Origin: Klebsormidium nitens
Lineage: Eukaryota > Plantae > Klebsormidiophyceae
Direction: 5' to 3'
Length of the DNA: 64,000 nucleotides
Assembly (NCBI GenBank): GCA_000708835.1
Contig: DF237064.1
Coordinates: 1 to 64,000, forward strand
The position numbers and the translations under genes are program-made. The notes beneath the pieces are model-generated. The model was given only the letters and a program-made list of their open reading frames with translations. It was not told where the DNA came from and ran no database searches. This document shows positions 1 through 12,711 of this stretch, piece after piece. Within the stretch, counting starts at the first letter, position 1, and the number at the start of each line of letters is the position of its first letter.

Positions 1-1592
1 TAAGTAGGGTCTCCTTATACAGTACGGCTTCTAATTGTGGTACCAGCTTCTACTAGGTAGCATTATTACCAAGGGTTTTCCCTTCAGCTCTCACGTGTGT
101 GATGCAATATGGCGCCATGCAGCTGGGCCTGAGCCGTTAATCATCGGACGTCAAGTTTCAACTTCCAAATATCCATACATTGCCAGAGAGCGAGGCCATG
201 CAAGATGTGAATCCAAGATGTAATGTTTCTATATTAGTACCGTAGGCCGTAGTTGATATTTGAAGGGGTGGTAGCGTCTGTGCAGCTTGATGGCTTCCGA
301 AGCCCGATGTCACCATTGCAAGCTGCAGCCAGGAGCTGCCAGGGCCTGCTGGATACATAGAATCTTTAAGATGCGTTCCGATGCTCTCAAATCGTCACTG
401 ATTGTCATTAATACTGGTAATACCACCTGAGCGAGGACTCGTCATCATGATCCTTCTAATTGCGGAATGCATGCAGCATCCGGGCGGCAGCTTCCGGCTT
501 CCGAAGCTCTCGAGTCTTGGTTGGGCCGAGTGCATGACGCGCTCGGCTCGCCCGGTACTGTCCGATTTCTGCATGCTCAGGAAGCTCAGGCAGGAGGTCG
601 CTGACGTCGTCCGTTGTTCGCACGTGGTTGGTCGAGAGTCGAGATCTTGCCTTGAGAAGACGGCGCCAGCCTTTTGCGGGTTCTGACACCAACAGAATCG
701 TTTGTGACGCCAGCGATAATACTGTTGTACACAGTATCATGTGGTTAAAACCATCCTGGCTCTTCTAGCTATTTCCAACGTAAAAACCAGCCTGAGGTGT
801 GTTCCCGCTATAGTCACTTTGCTCGAGAAATAAGGTAAGAAGAGCTGCACTCGCCGTACCTAACAATTGATCAGTCAATGGTAAGCTGACAGACTTTACG
901 TGCGCTAACGTATAACGGCCGACCAGCTGTACGGCCGCACGCAGCTGGCTGACGCAGGGCCGAAGACGGTGCTAAGGGTCGAATGGCAGAATACCGTATA
1001 CGGAGAGCTTGGGCAGGAGGTGTGTGGTCAAAAACATATATATTAGAAACTCTTTGAGGCAGCCGGACGGGCCAGAACTTTAAGTTAGGACGTTGTAGGT
1101 ACCAGCTGAACTTGGGAACAAGGCTTTCCAGTGTGAAAGACATACTTGATGATCAGCATTTGGCACTCCAGTGGCGGCTGGTCCTGAAGTTTCGAAGGAG
1201 GAGCAATTTCAGTGAGGTATGCGGCACAAATCATACATGAATCAGGAGCCCAGCATGTTGCACCTAAAGAAGAATTAAGGCAATCTGCAGGAAAGTCTGA
1301 TAATCTACAGCACCGTGCAAGACCAGGACCGTGCAATCCATGTCCCGGTGGGAAAGTCCTGTTGACCCCTAAGAGAGCTCGCTGTACATTCAAAGAAGGG
1401 ACACCAAAAGAACACTAGATGCATATAGTCCAAGACAAAGAAGGGCTTCCGTGTTGGCACCCTGCGCGCAGTGATTCAGAACTTGCAGACACAATCGGGC
1501 CTGCCTAGCTCAGCTTGCGTCATTCTCTAGGATCTTCTAGCGCCGTTCAACTATAGCCACTCCTGTCAACTGCAAGAGAGTTTCACCAGCTT

Positions 1593-4024
1593 ATGCCGGC
1601 AAGAGATGCAGGTTTGCAATCTTCTGAAGAGGGGACTGCCTGTGCAAGCGCAGCACAGTTGCACCCAGGTGGATTGCAAAGCAATTGCTGCTTTGAGATG
1701 GACAGATTGCTTCCAGCTGCCAGCGATGGCACAGATACGGTTGGTGAGGAGAGTTCACTTCACCCTCAGCCCTGTTCCCTGCCTAATGCAAGCAGTCCCC
1801 GGGGGGGCTACTGCCGCTCCCCTTGTGCCGCCTGCAAGGTGCTACGAAGGAAATGCACTGAGGAGTGCCTGCTGGCCCCTCACTTCCCACTCAGGGAGAA
1901 GGACAAGTTTCTGGTCTTGCACAAGTAAGACTTTAACACTAACGCTAGGACCTTGCAAGTGTTTGCCTCACAAGCTTTCAAGTCCCTCCTTTGAGTCTTA
2001 TTTGCACTTGTCCTGAATGGCCATGGACAGAGGACCTGAATCAAAAAGCTCTCTTTTTCATCCCAATCTGGTTTCCACAGGCATCATCTAATGTACTTTG
2101 AAAAACTTGGTTAAATATTGAAAGCCCAGCATAATTGTTGCCGTTCATTTCTTGCTGGAAGGAAAGTAGGATGATCTACTAAACTGGTCCTTGCTCGACT
2201 GATCAAGGCTGATAGTACATATACCAGCAACCTCCGTTGATTGTAGAAGGGAACATTTAGGTGCTGAGAAGATGAGGGAGCTTTCAAAGTGCTGACTGCT
2301 TACATGGACTGAAGCTGCTTTGTAAAAGTTTTGCCGGCTCTGACAAGTTTCTTCAACCTCGTGATGCGCTTTAGTAATACCTGAGCTCTCAGCTTCTCAT
2401 CTGCCTTGATCCTTCTCCCAGTCACGATATCTGTACCAGCATTGGTATCGAAGCTTCAGTACAGCCAGGTTATCAAATTAAGCTTGCACTTTTGTTGAGG
2501 TTCTTGGTAGTCCTATCCATTGTAGACGAGAAGCTTTAGTCTCTGGCGGTCTCACACCACTGGCGTCTGTGTTTTTGATGCATGTGGGTTGATCAGCGAC
2601 TCTATCTAGAACTCTTGTGAGTCTCTCAGGACTCTTTGTTCTCTAATCTTCCATTTGAAAGCGTCCGTAGACCTCCTATGCCCAGCCTGTAGGGTGAAAT
2701 GTCAGCTCTCCAAATGGATCGTCTTTTTATCAAGGCTGGTCCAAGTCTTATGACACAGGGTCATACTACGTTTTGGCGCTTACCTTCAGGAGGCTCTTGC
2801 TTGCGATGAAATTTGTGAACAAAGCATCATCTGCTAGTGTATTGGAAGCTACTATCTCAACCTTTCGCTGCCCATCGTAGCCCTTCGGCTGATTCGCCTG
2901 ATTCTTCACCAGATTGTCGGGCCCTACTTAGATCCCCAGTGCGAAAGTGCTAGCCAGAAATAAAGTTTGTGTCACAAGACCTGCTACACCAGAGAACGTT
3001 GACCCGGGCGATGGAAGCATTGAGCTCTGATCCAGAGCGATATTACGAGACGGTTTCAAGCAGCTTCTAAATAATCGTTGGTGTGTTCCGATGAACTCTT
3101 ACATGGTCCTTTATGGCCGGATGCAGGTGCTATGGAGCTGCCAATCTGATGAAGATCCTGGCTGACATTCCAAAGTATCTTCGAGGTGATGCGATCAGCT
3201 GCCTCGCTTATGAAGCTCAAGCACGGTGAGTTAAGTCTTTCCTCGATGCTCACTCGAATTTTGCAGTCGAGATCTAGCTACCACAGTGAAAACCTTAGAA
3301 AGAAGGTTTCAGGTCTAGATCAAGCTGGTCAGAAGCTCGCTGGATGACCCGAGCCTCGCGATGGAAAGGCGATGCTTCGTACAAGTATACTTTTCTTTCC
3401 TTCCGGCCGAGTACGAGAGCAGCAAGGCTGAAACTCAACAGGGTTCATCAGGGACTTAATCGGAAGCCTTGAATGACTTGATACTTACAGTTTGCGACCT
3501 TCATCCCTCACAGAGTTATCCGTTCTGATTGTAAAGTCGGGCATTTTGGCAATCCAGTTCTGCTTGTGAACCTGGCGTCAAGTACTATCGCTTCTCTTCC
3601 AGGACTCTAGACCCCGTATATGGCTGTGTTGGGATAATTGCCGTCTTGCAGGACCAGATTGCAAGTCTGCAGGTGAGCTGAAGCTTCTATAACATTCAAG
3701 AGTCTGACGGTTCTTTCTTGGTTGGACGAGCCTGACTGCAAAATGGAATGTCAATCCGCAAATCATGTAGCATCTTGTATGTATCTTCTCAGCTTCTATA
3801 CTCTTGCTCAGGCCCCCCCTAAAGCTCCTTGTTGTGAACCTCACTGTAAAAGCTACTCTGGTCTGGTTTGCTTGGCAGTGTCTATAACTTAAACTTGACA
3901 CCCTCGTATAAGAAACTCGCAGGCGGAGCTAGAGACGGAGAGGTCCAATCTAGCAGGCATGAGACGAGTTCGATCGCTTAGCACCCTCTCACAGGACAGT
4001 AAACAAGCAATCCAGCTACCAGCG
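1593..4024 (+). CDS. LOB-domain (LBD/AS2 family, class I-like) transcription factor; exons 1593-1924, 3127-3225, 3603-3672, 3923-4024; 3' end not resolved
   Basis: The GT-AG spliced exons keep frame and give CAACKVLRRKCTEECLLAPHFP (CX2CX6CX3C), then HKCYGAANLMKILADIPKYLRGDAISCLAYEAQARTLDPVYGCVGII (GAS block), then LQDQIASLQAELETERSNL (zipper-like). A further exon near 4742 is possible but unsupported. Confidence 0.9.
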
Positions 4025-7000
4025 GTGAGTTCTGCGCTCTGGATCGCAACAACGGGCAACAAGTGATCGATCAGACTCCCTTCAAGTCAATGACTTGTGT
4101 CTTTGGCTCCACTCTTTTCCCGCCTTGCTGGATTGGACTATGTTCTTTCTTCTATGGAGAGCTCCCTTTTGCGCGCAGTTATTGGAACTGCCAGAGTCCG
4201 AGAAAAGAGATTCGCGACAAGTCAAAGAGGAGGCCCTACAATTGAGTCAAACCTGGCAACCCTCGACACCCTCCACACAGGTATGGGAGCGGACTACTGA
4301 GCCTTTCTGAAATTGAGTGGCGCTACTAAGGCTTTGCAGACGTTAACCCAACTTCATGCGAGCAGATTATGATTCAGCGAAGGACTCCCGTAGCCAAGTT
4401 CTGATCCTTCGACTTCCGCTGTTTTGTACCAGAGTCTTTCAACTGGCTGCAGCTTAACGTTTCCCTAACATCTGCATATACTTGCCGAGCAGGCCTGTAA
4501 GTGCGATTTTGGCCGTCAGGTACCAGGAAAGTCACTTCTTGCTACCGACCTCTACACGGCTGAGTGCTTGCAGCGAAGCTCATGTTCTGTGATCCACAGG
4601 CACACTTGTGCACTTTGAAGGAGCGACTGAACAATAAGCTCGCTAGCCGCCCCTCCTGTCTAAAAATTCTGACTTGTGATCGAATCAAGTCGCATCATGC
4701 TATTGCAAGAATTGAAGCCAATTGCGCGCGCGGCCGTGCAGGCCGGTGTGCATAACATGCAACTCTGCGGCGTGACAGCGATGCCAGCGGACTTGGCCCC
4801 TGCTAGTGCTCCACAGTATCCTGTCTCGGTGCCAGGGGCACAGGAGGTAATCTCGCCTCTGATTCTTTTATTAAGGAAGGTCGAAGGACCTTCGCATTCT
4901 TGCTTCTGCATGCAACGCGGGTAGCAGAAGTGAACGCTGTAGCCTTGCTGTGCGTTAGCTTCGGTTCGTTTCAAAAAGTCTCCCAGCGGCACTAGCTGCA
5001 GCACGTTGTGCGACTTTGTCACACATGATCAGCTTCAAGTATAGGAACCGGGACTGTATCAAAAGGATGCTTTGAGAGGACGAGTCCTGCCAAAAGATAA
5101 GATGGTGCTTTCGATTTAAAGCTCGAAATACATTCGCGCTCTTCTTGCCCCTCCGCTGCTGCGCTCGTTCATATAAGGAAACGGAAACATTAAATTGACC
5201 GACGTAGTTCTTGGCTAACTTTCGGTCAGCTTTTGATTTGCAGAAGACGAGGTCGAAACATGCCTGTCTGAACGGTCGTGGACCGGTGCTTGCCATCGAA
5301 TCAGGGTTCAAAAGAATTGTCACAACCGCAATTTTGATAATTTGATTGCAGATCGCACAGAGCTCGCAGAGCACAGCAGCCCTCGACTTCGCCGTTCCTC
5401 ATTTTGCTTTTGGGCCCGATGATGACGTGGGCAATAACAACGACGGGGCCCATCCGGCCACCTGGGGTTCCTACGCGGACCCCATTGCCGACTTCCACCA
5501 TTGAAGAAGCTCGGATTAATTATTATCCACTAACATGACCTAGAACGGATTTGACATTCAGCCACTGATCAATCTGCGGTTTGAGATCGTCATTAATTAC
5601 CTGCAAGCTTGAAGGAGATACTTAACTCATTCGGTTAATTGGTTGTACATAGTACAGGACACGATCTTGCAAAAAAGTTGTGAATGCATTAATCAACCCT
5701 CCAATTTAGGGTGGAGAGCACCCGTTATTCTAAGTACTGTACTCTGCAAAGTCAGCGCGTGACAATTGCGCCAGCTCGGTTACCAGCAAAAGAGAAGACT
5801 TGGAGAGCATGACACGTCACAAGCAAGAACGGATAAGACAGGACCACCAGCGTGCATGTGAAGAGTAGCAGATTGAATTTGAAGTATGCAATGCTAAGAC
5901 AGACTCTGCTAATCGTCGGTGTACTCCAAAGGTACTTCGAAGAATCAAGGATACTCCAATAACCTCAACGAGCAACTTTATACGTCATGATTTGATCAAA
6001 ACAAACTTATTAAGAGCAAGTCAGGTAACATCGATATCATGATGAATTCAATGGCATCCATGCTTTACTCACTGCCCGGCAGTAAGCTTTTGCGGGCGGG
6101 CGGCCCGCAAGACATCTATCCTTCAAGATTCCAAAGGCTTCCAAGGCTGTGCCGGGTCATTCGTCGACCAACTTAATGCACAGGTATGCACATACGGCGA
6201 TGGCAGTCGGTCAGATGATGACGCGTTGACTTGGAGAAATATCTCCACCAGCTGATCACTTGGGGGCAGTACATGCAATAAAGCACTGGAGCCGTCTCGA
6301 CGAACAGAAGATTCAGAAAGTTTGTAAGGACTTGCTCAGCTTAGGATCTAGTACAAGAACGTACGTCATCGGAACGTGACTAGAGTTGGAGCTTCGTGTT
6401 GGGCTCTTCAGCATATCGGACAGTACTCATGTATTACGGTGCTAGGTCCGGCGAGGCGCGGTATACCGTGCACTGCTGAAGTAGTGAACCCTACAGTGAT
6501 TAAGGATGTTGATTTGGTTTGCTAGAACTTCTTTGAGGCTTCTTTGGCCATTGAGTGAGAAAAAGGGAATCGCCAATTATGCATCTAATGGCCTCAAAAT
6601 GTGTCACAGTAAGACCAACAAAAGAAGCTCAATATCATCCGCCTGGCAGGCTATCCTTCAGTACCTCGTATCTCTACATTACCGTCCTCACGTGACGGTA
6701 TTGCCACACAGTCGCCCTTGATTGACCACTGACGACGTGTACTATAATTCTCCTTTTACCCAACCGTCAAGTACGAGCTGCGCAGCCTGGCTGGCACGGT
6801 CTGCGCGGCCGCGCGCCGGGCGCGGTCAAGGTTAGTATAGTAGAGGAGTGCTGCAGTATATACCTGGTACCTTCGTTGGATAGTAGGTAGCTAGGTAGGT
6901 AGTTGTGAAGAGTATGTACCGTACCCTGATGATTGTCCGTACGTCCTTCAATAAAAGTTGCGCGGCGCTCGCGTGATTTTCGAGCCGATTTATAGCCTTC

Positions 7001-8847
7001 CGATGTTGTGCTATTCAAAGCGGACCGTCCATTATACTTAGTTATCACCTGCCTAAGCTGCGGTAGTGCACAGCTAGGGGTTTGAAAATCCGATGCAGGC
7101 GGCCAGCGAATGCAATGTGCACCCTGCTGTGCACCGTCAATAAATTGACCTCATACCGTCTTCAAATGAGCTTCAACTTATAGCTGGCCGGCGCCGGCTC
7201 TAATCATGTGCTGTAGTCGGCGGCAAACTCCGGGGAGACGCAGATTATTGCACGTGGTTTTCGAAAGCTAGGTTGTATCGGAGTCGTCCATACGTTTTCA
7301 AATCGGGCCTGTCTCACACAAATTGACATCGCTGACCTTAGATCGCGTCGATATGAAACCCCAAGTCACCTGAGAGCAATGCAAGACTGGAGGCAGCACT
7401 TTGCCACGTCTTGGAGAAGGAGAATTGAGATTGGAAGAGGAAGCTGATTAATATCGAGTCTTTGGATACTGGTCCACTGAAAACTCTGAGGCCATTCATG
7501 TCGCCGCAGATTCCACATAGCCTACTTCCAAATATCCATGTTGAGGTGCGGCATTGCGCGAATTACTTCCCAATTACTACCTGCAGTCTAAAAATTTGAG
7601 TAGGTAAGCATCGTGCCGAACTTCTGCGCTGTCTTTGCGTTTTGCGTGAGGATCTAGTTCAGCGGAAGGGAAGACTTCGAGCAGTGGTGAAGAGTCTGGC
7701 TACACTGATCTAGAAGGCTCTTTTGGTGAGAGGAGCGGAAGGCAAAAAACGAAGGAAGAATCAGGTCTGAATACGTCGTGCACAATGACGTCAAACGACG
7801 TACACGTGGCCCGCATGGCGAGCAGCACGTGTCCAGCGGAACCCAAAGCCGCGAGGGGGACGGAAGAGTACCACGGTCTGGGATCCACCCAGTCGCTGGT
7901 CAGGCGGGGGGGTGACATCATTGCGGTGGGTGCCACGTAGAACAATCCATGGCTAGGTGTCTGCATTTGAGGCGTTCATAGCCTAGTGCGGGGCTCCGAC
8001 AGAGATTTTGGGTTGTTCGAAAGCCTGTGATCAGGCGTTTACGTTCGAGCGGAATTCTACTCATAAGGAAGGGGATGCATATAAGTCAGAAAATTGAATT
8101 GCTGCCCACAAGAAACATGGGTGTAAATGCAGAAGAGGTGCTGGTGGTTGTCTTGGCGGGCCGCTAAGAAACTTGTCCATAACAGAAGCCCTTGCTTATA
8201 CAACTCATGAACAGATGTTTGGGCTCTAAACATTTCAGAGATTTCAGTTGACCATCAGGTGCAGAGATGCAGGGACTCGTCATAAGTAGCTGATTCACCG
8301 TCGGGAACGTTTCAAGACCATCAAAGTCTGATTGCCATTAAGAACAACCAACCCACCAGCTCGCTTATCACCGACTTTGGTCGAATGTAGTCAAAGGGCT
8401 CTAGTTTCATGCGTCCCTTAGACAGAATCGAGCAGATTAAGGTCAGTCAGTTGGCACCAGTTGTACCCCTTGAAAACCACTCTTTCTTTAGTGCAAAGTC
8501 GTGCACAATTTCATCTTAGCTTGCATGGTCTTCGGAAGGTTGAATTGAGAATCAGTCATGCTGTGAGAATCCAGTAAAACGAGATTGCCAGCCAAGAGAA
8601 CCGAATCTCTTCCATACGTAGCACCATCTCCTTTGCAGATGTGACAGTGAGTGAATAAGTGCAGATTCAAACGTAGTTACGCTAGCTCGCTGGTTGGTGG
8701 AATCAGAGCGTAAACCAGAAAGCTGTGCAAAGGGACCGGATAGCCGTTCAAAAGCCAGGGCTCGACGAGGGACGCATAACTGACAGGCTGAGTATATGGT
8801 GATGTTCATCCGACAAGCACTGAGCAATGGGCACTTTTTCTCGACAG

Positions 8848-10958
8848 ATTGCCCACCCGCTCCCGAAGACTGGGTACAAGGCCCCGAACGCGTATGGAGC
8901 GAAGCCAATCTTCCAAGACGCCACGTAAGCGCCCTAGCCTACCTGCTTTCTCTTGTCAGAACTTTGCCGAAGGAATTGTTCCTGAGCGTGCTGGTTTATC
9001 GAGCGCCGTTTGGGACTCTAGTAGCTGACGTCGGGTCGTTACGTCAGACACACTCGGGATATTGCCGGCTAAAACCGAGTCGTTCCGGTGTATTTCGGGT
9101 GCTTTGGGGAAGCAATCCGGAGACGGGTTCGGGCCGAAAGCCGTCCAGCTGGATGAATCTGAACGATGTTTAGGCACGACGACTGAACCGTCTCGACCAG
9201 TTTCGGACGCAGAGCGGCCCCCATAGAGCATCAGCGAACCAGACGGACAGCTTTGGGACGCAGTTTCGGCCCCTAGAGAGAATCAACGGACCAAATGGAC
9301 AAGTTGCGGACGATAATTTACTGGTTGGACGCTCTTTGGACGCAGGACGACGGGGTCCGCGCAGAAGGCCGTCCAGAAGGTGGGCGACGAGAAGAAGAAG
9401 CAGCTGATGCCGTACGCGCCCAACGCGTCGCGCAACCGGCCCGCGGAGACGCGCACCAACACCGTCGGGCGGCGGACGATCTCCACACGAAACGCCAGCC
9501 AAGTCAGGTGGGCCTTCTATTTACGAATCTTTCTGAATGTACATATGCCCTTACCCGATTTTGTGTCCATTTGGATTCAGGGGAATGCGCATGAAATCGT
9601 CGGGCGGTCGATCGCCACCCACCCGCAGCCAAGTCAGGTGGGCCTTCAGATTCCCCTGGATTTTCAGTTGGTGACGTGTCATCTCTTAGGTTGTGGATTC
9701 TTCAAATAACCCCTCCCAGGAAAGCCAGCCAAGTCAGGTGGGCCGAACCCAACATTCTTCAGATTCTGCGGCGCCGCTCATCGAGATTCTAGGGGCCTGG
9801 ACTCACAGCGAGACGCGCGAAATCCAAAGGGGGTGAAGGATGATGTCCACACGGAACACTAGCCAAGTCAGGAAGCCGCCTGATCTCTCGAATATGAGAT
9901 GCAATTCTCGCATCATGTCTTCTGGATTCAAGAACACGCGCAAGCACACTTGGGCGGCGGCCGTTCCCACCCGGAACGCCGGCCATGCCATGTAGACGAT
10001 CCGATCTTCTAAATTATCCAAGGCTTGAACAGGCGAGCTCTTGGGTTTTGAATTCTGTTAGATTGAAAAGATGCGCAAGATACCCTCCGGCGGCGGACAA
10101 TCGCCACCCGGTACGCGCGCAAGACCAGGTGGCTTTTCAATTGAGATCAGAAGTTCGGCTGGACTCCTACCATGAGCTTTCATTCGGCAGCGAAAGAAAG
10201 GAACGCTTCGTTCTAAGAGTCTCTGTCAACAGTTCTTGTTCATCTTGCGCCGCCTGATGTTCCTGGCAGACCGTCATCAATGTACCTCCACCAATTGCTG
10301 TGAAATTTTGCCCACACTTGCTTTAGAACTTCTGCGTGCCTGAGGTACGGGCTTTAGAGGTCGTCCGAATTTCGTGACCAACAAACGTTACTGGGTCCTC
10401 AATCAGAGCTCTGACCCCTACAGGTTAGCAGACGGTGACCCCGACTCCCGGCGGCCTTCAAAGACGACGAACCAGGTTTACTCGGAGGGGATCCTGAAAA
10501 CGGACGTCATCGGACTCAGCAACCAGGGCATCTCGGCAGGTGGGTTGGTAAAACCCTCTTTGTAAACCCGGGGACGGTTAGCACTTGACATGGCTGCGTG
10601 TTTTTGTCGAGTTGGGCTGATTAACCCTGCATTGAAAACCGGGTCAACCGCGGGGGGTTCAGTGCTATCGGAGGAGTTTATTCATCGAGCCAAGGAATAA
10701 GGAGACAACCAGCTAGGAGCAGCGGAGATTGGCTTCGAAGTCAATCGTACATTTCTAGAAACTTGTCAACTCTCATTGAAGACGACTGCATACTTTGTCG
10801 CACCACAGCCAAGCGTGTCTCAATCTACCCACTTTGATCCGGCAGCTCCTTTACCCGAGGTTTCCGCCTGAATCGAGCAACTGCGCCTCAGCTGAACCGT
10901 TGTAATTTTGCCACCTGCAGAGATTGCAAGGAACATGCATGCGAAGCAGAGGCGATAG
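8848..10958 (+). CDS. Hypothetical basic protein, 5'-incomplete; exons 8848-8924, 9346-9507, 10424-10539, 10921-10958
   Basis: Four GT-AG exons with matching phases (0/2/2/1) give 130 aa ending in TAG: IAHPLPKTGYKAPNAYGAKPIFQDATTTGSAQKAVQKVGDEKKKQLMPYAPNASRNRPAE...LSNQGISAEIARNMHAKQRR. Exon 2 has strong GC3 codon bias. No family recognised; start exon not found. Confidence 0.65.
9490..9880 (+). repeat. Donor-side exon echoes: four copies of GCCAAGTCAG|G(T/A), the end of exon 9346-9507
   Basis: cagccaagtcaggtgggcc at ~9497 (the real donor), ~9626 and ~9726; tagccaagtcaggaagcc at ~9860. Confidence 0.85.
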
Positions 10959-12711
10959 GGTTTTGAGGGTCAGATCCGGCAAGGACGCCAACGTAATTAA
11001 AAATAAAGCTGTCGGTAAAGGACTAAGACGGCGAGAATGAGATCACCAGCACTGCTCCCTCGTCTGCCTCCCTTGCTGCCCTGGTGGGCCTGTCAAATTG
11101 ACAGATATAATTGATAGTACAGAGTTTCGGGGCGGCCAAACGCCGCAAGTCAACTTGAAGCCCACCTGGAACGGGGGTGACAGCAAGTAGGTGATGCTAT
11201 GAAGGGAGGCGGGACGTCGAAAGATTTGTGATTGTGTATATAAAGAGTGGTTACTGACAATCCCTAAGAGACTGCTTTTACTGTAGTTTATTCGACCTGA
11301 GAGCGCTGCGATGGGGTGACATGTCTGCGGTTGTGATCGACCAGAATTTAAGGCATCAGGTTTACAATCGTCAAGCTCGCTTCGCGGCGGCTTCGCCGTC
11401 GAGTGACCGTTGAAGTCATCGAGCACGGGTGAGCAACATCATGCAATATAGGTAGAACCATATACAGGTTTAGTGATTGTACAGGGACGACCTGTCCGAG
11501 TCCGCCTTCTTAGCTCAGACAATTCAAATGAGCGTGTTGCACTTGAAGGCTTTGCGCTCAATTGCTAATGCTCTTGAACGTTCCGACCTAGAATATGTTG
11601 ACACAGTGGGAAACGCTTGGCCGGAGTATACGTCCGATCAATCTGCGACCTTGCATGACCCGAGTCAGTACATGTTCCGTGGTTAGCAACCGTACAACGA
11701 TGAAGCTACTGTAGGAGCTCACTATAACATGCAAGAGATAAGACTTACTGCTGTACGCGGTAGCTGCCGTACAACAATTCAATGATTGCCGCATATGCTA
11801 GGGGGACTCAAAGTGGGATTTCCGAAGTCCACCGTGGACCGGTTATCTAGGCTAGGTAGTACCATACGTCGGATCGATCGGATAAGTCCATATTGGGCGG
11901 CTTGTGAAAAAGGGGCCGCCTGAAAGCTAAAAACATGTTGCGCATGTGGGCCCCAATTCTTTGGCATACCGAGGAGAGATACGCCAATCATGCCTATCAG
12001 AAGCCGTTACCCAGCATGTTGTTCTGGAGCCAACTTCGTGATCATCATTTGCAGGTCGGATGCAACCGGCAGATTTAAGCGAACATGCAAGCTCGATAAC
12101 GTTGCGGTCCGGAGTAGATCGTTTGTTAAATCTTCAAGGTAGTGGATCCAACATGGTCAAAAACCTTCGCCTTCACAGGTGTGTCAATGCACGAGTGACG
12201 TGACCTCACTCATGAGCAGCCTCTGAAACCGCGATTTGATCAATTCCTCAAAATGTAAGTACGCAGGCTAGCTCACAATCGTGCTTCATTAGGTTGTTTC
12301 CTTAGCAGCGAGAGTAGCTAACTTTTGACTCAGTGTTCCTTAGCTTCGCTACACAATCTTATGCTACCGTGAAGTAGGCCTGCAGACGCAGGGCCAAAAG
12401 GTTCCACGTAGACGCTTAGGGTCCTTGAAACAAACAATCAAAGAATACGCACCTTGTAGGATACCTTTATTCTGCTACCTGTCATGACCGTCCGGAAAGT
12501 CTAGCCGCACTATCCCTAAGCAAATGATGCTCATGCAGATCAACCCCAGGCATCCAAGCCGCACATGATTTGAACGGACTGAAACACTAAAGCCGATGAC
12601 TCTTATGCTACCGTGATTGATGCTCAACAGCCTGTACAAGCGTGCTACTCCACACTACAGCCGCCCGATCCCTACCCCTAAATGATGAGCTCGACTACCA
12701 CGTATGTTCCC

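Noticed and set aside
2200-2560. Protein-like minus-strand stretch in LBD intron 1 (DIVTGRRIKADEKLRAQ...)
   Set aside because: Short, stop-bounded, with no partner exons or motif found.
4955-5501. 139-aa and 66-aa minus-strand ORFs downstream of the LBD gene
   Set aside because: No recognisable domain or consistent splice structure.
5750-6720. Possible hAT transposase relic on the minus strand (LAESVLAL..., QVFSFAG...)
   Set aside because: Fragments are in different frames with many stops, and no TIR or TSD was found; too weak without an HMM search.
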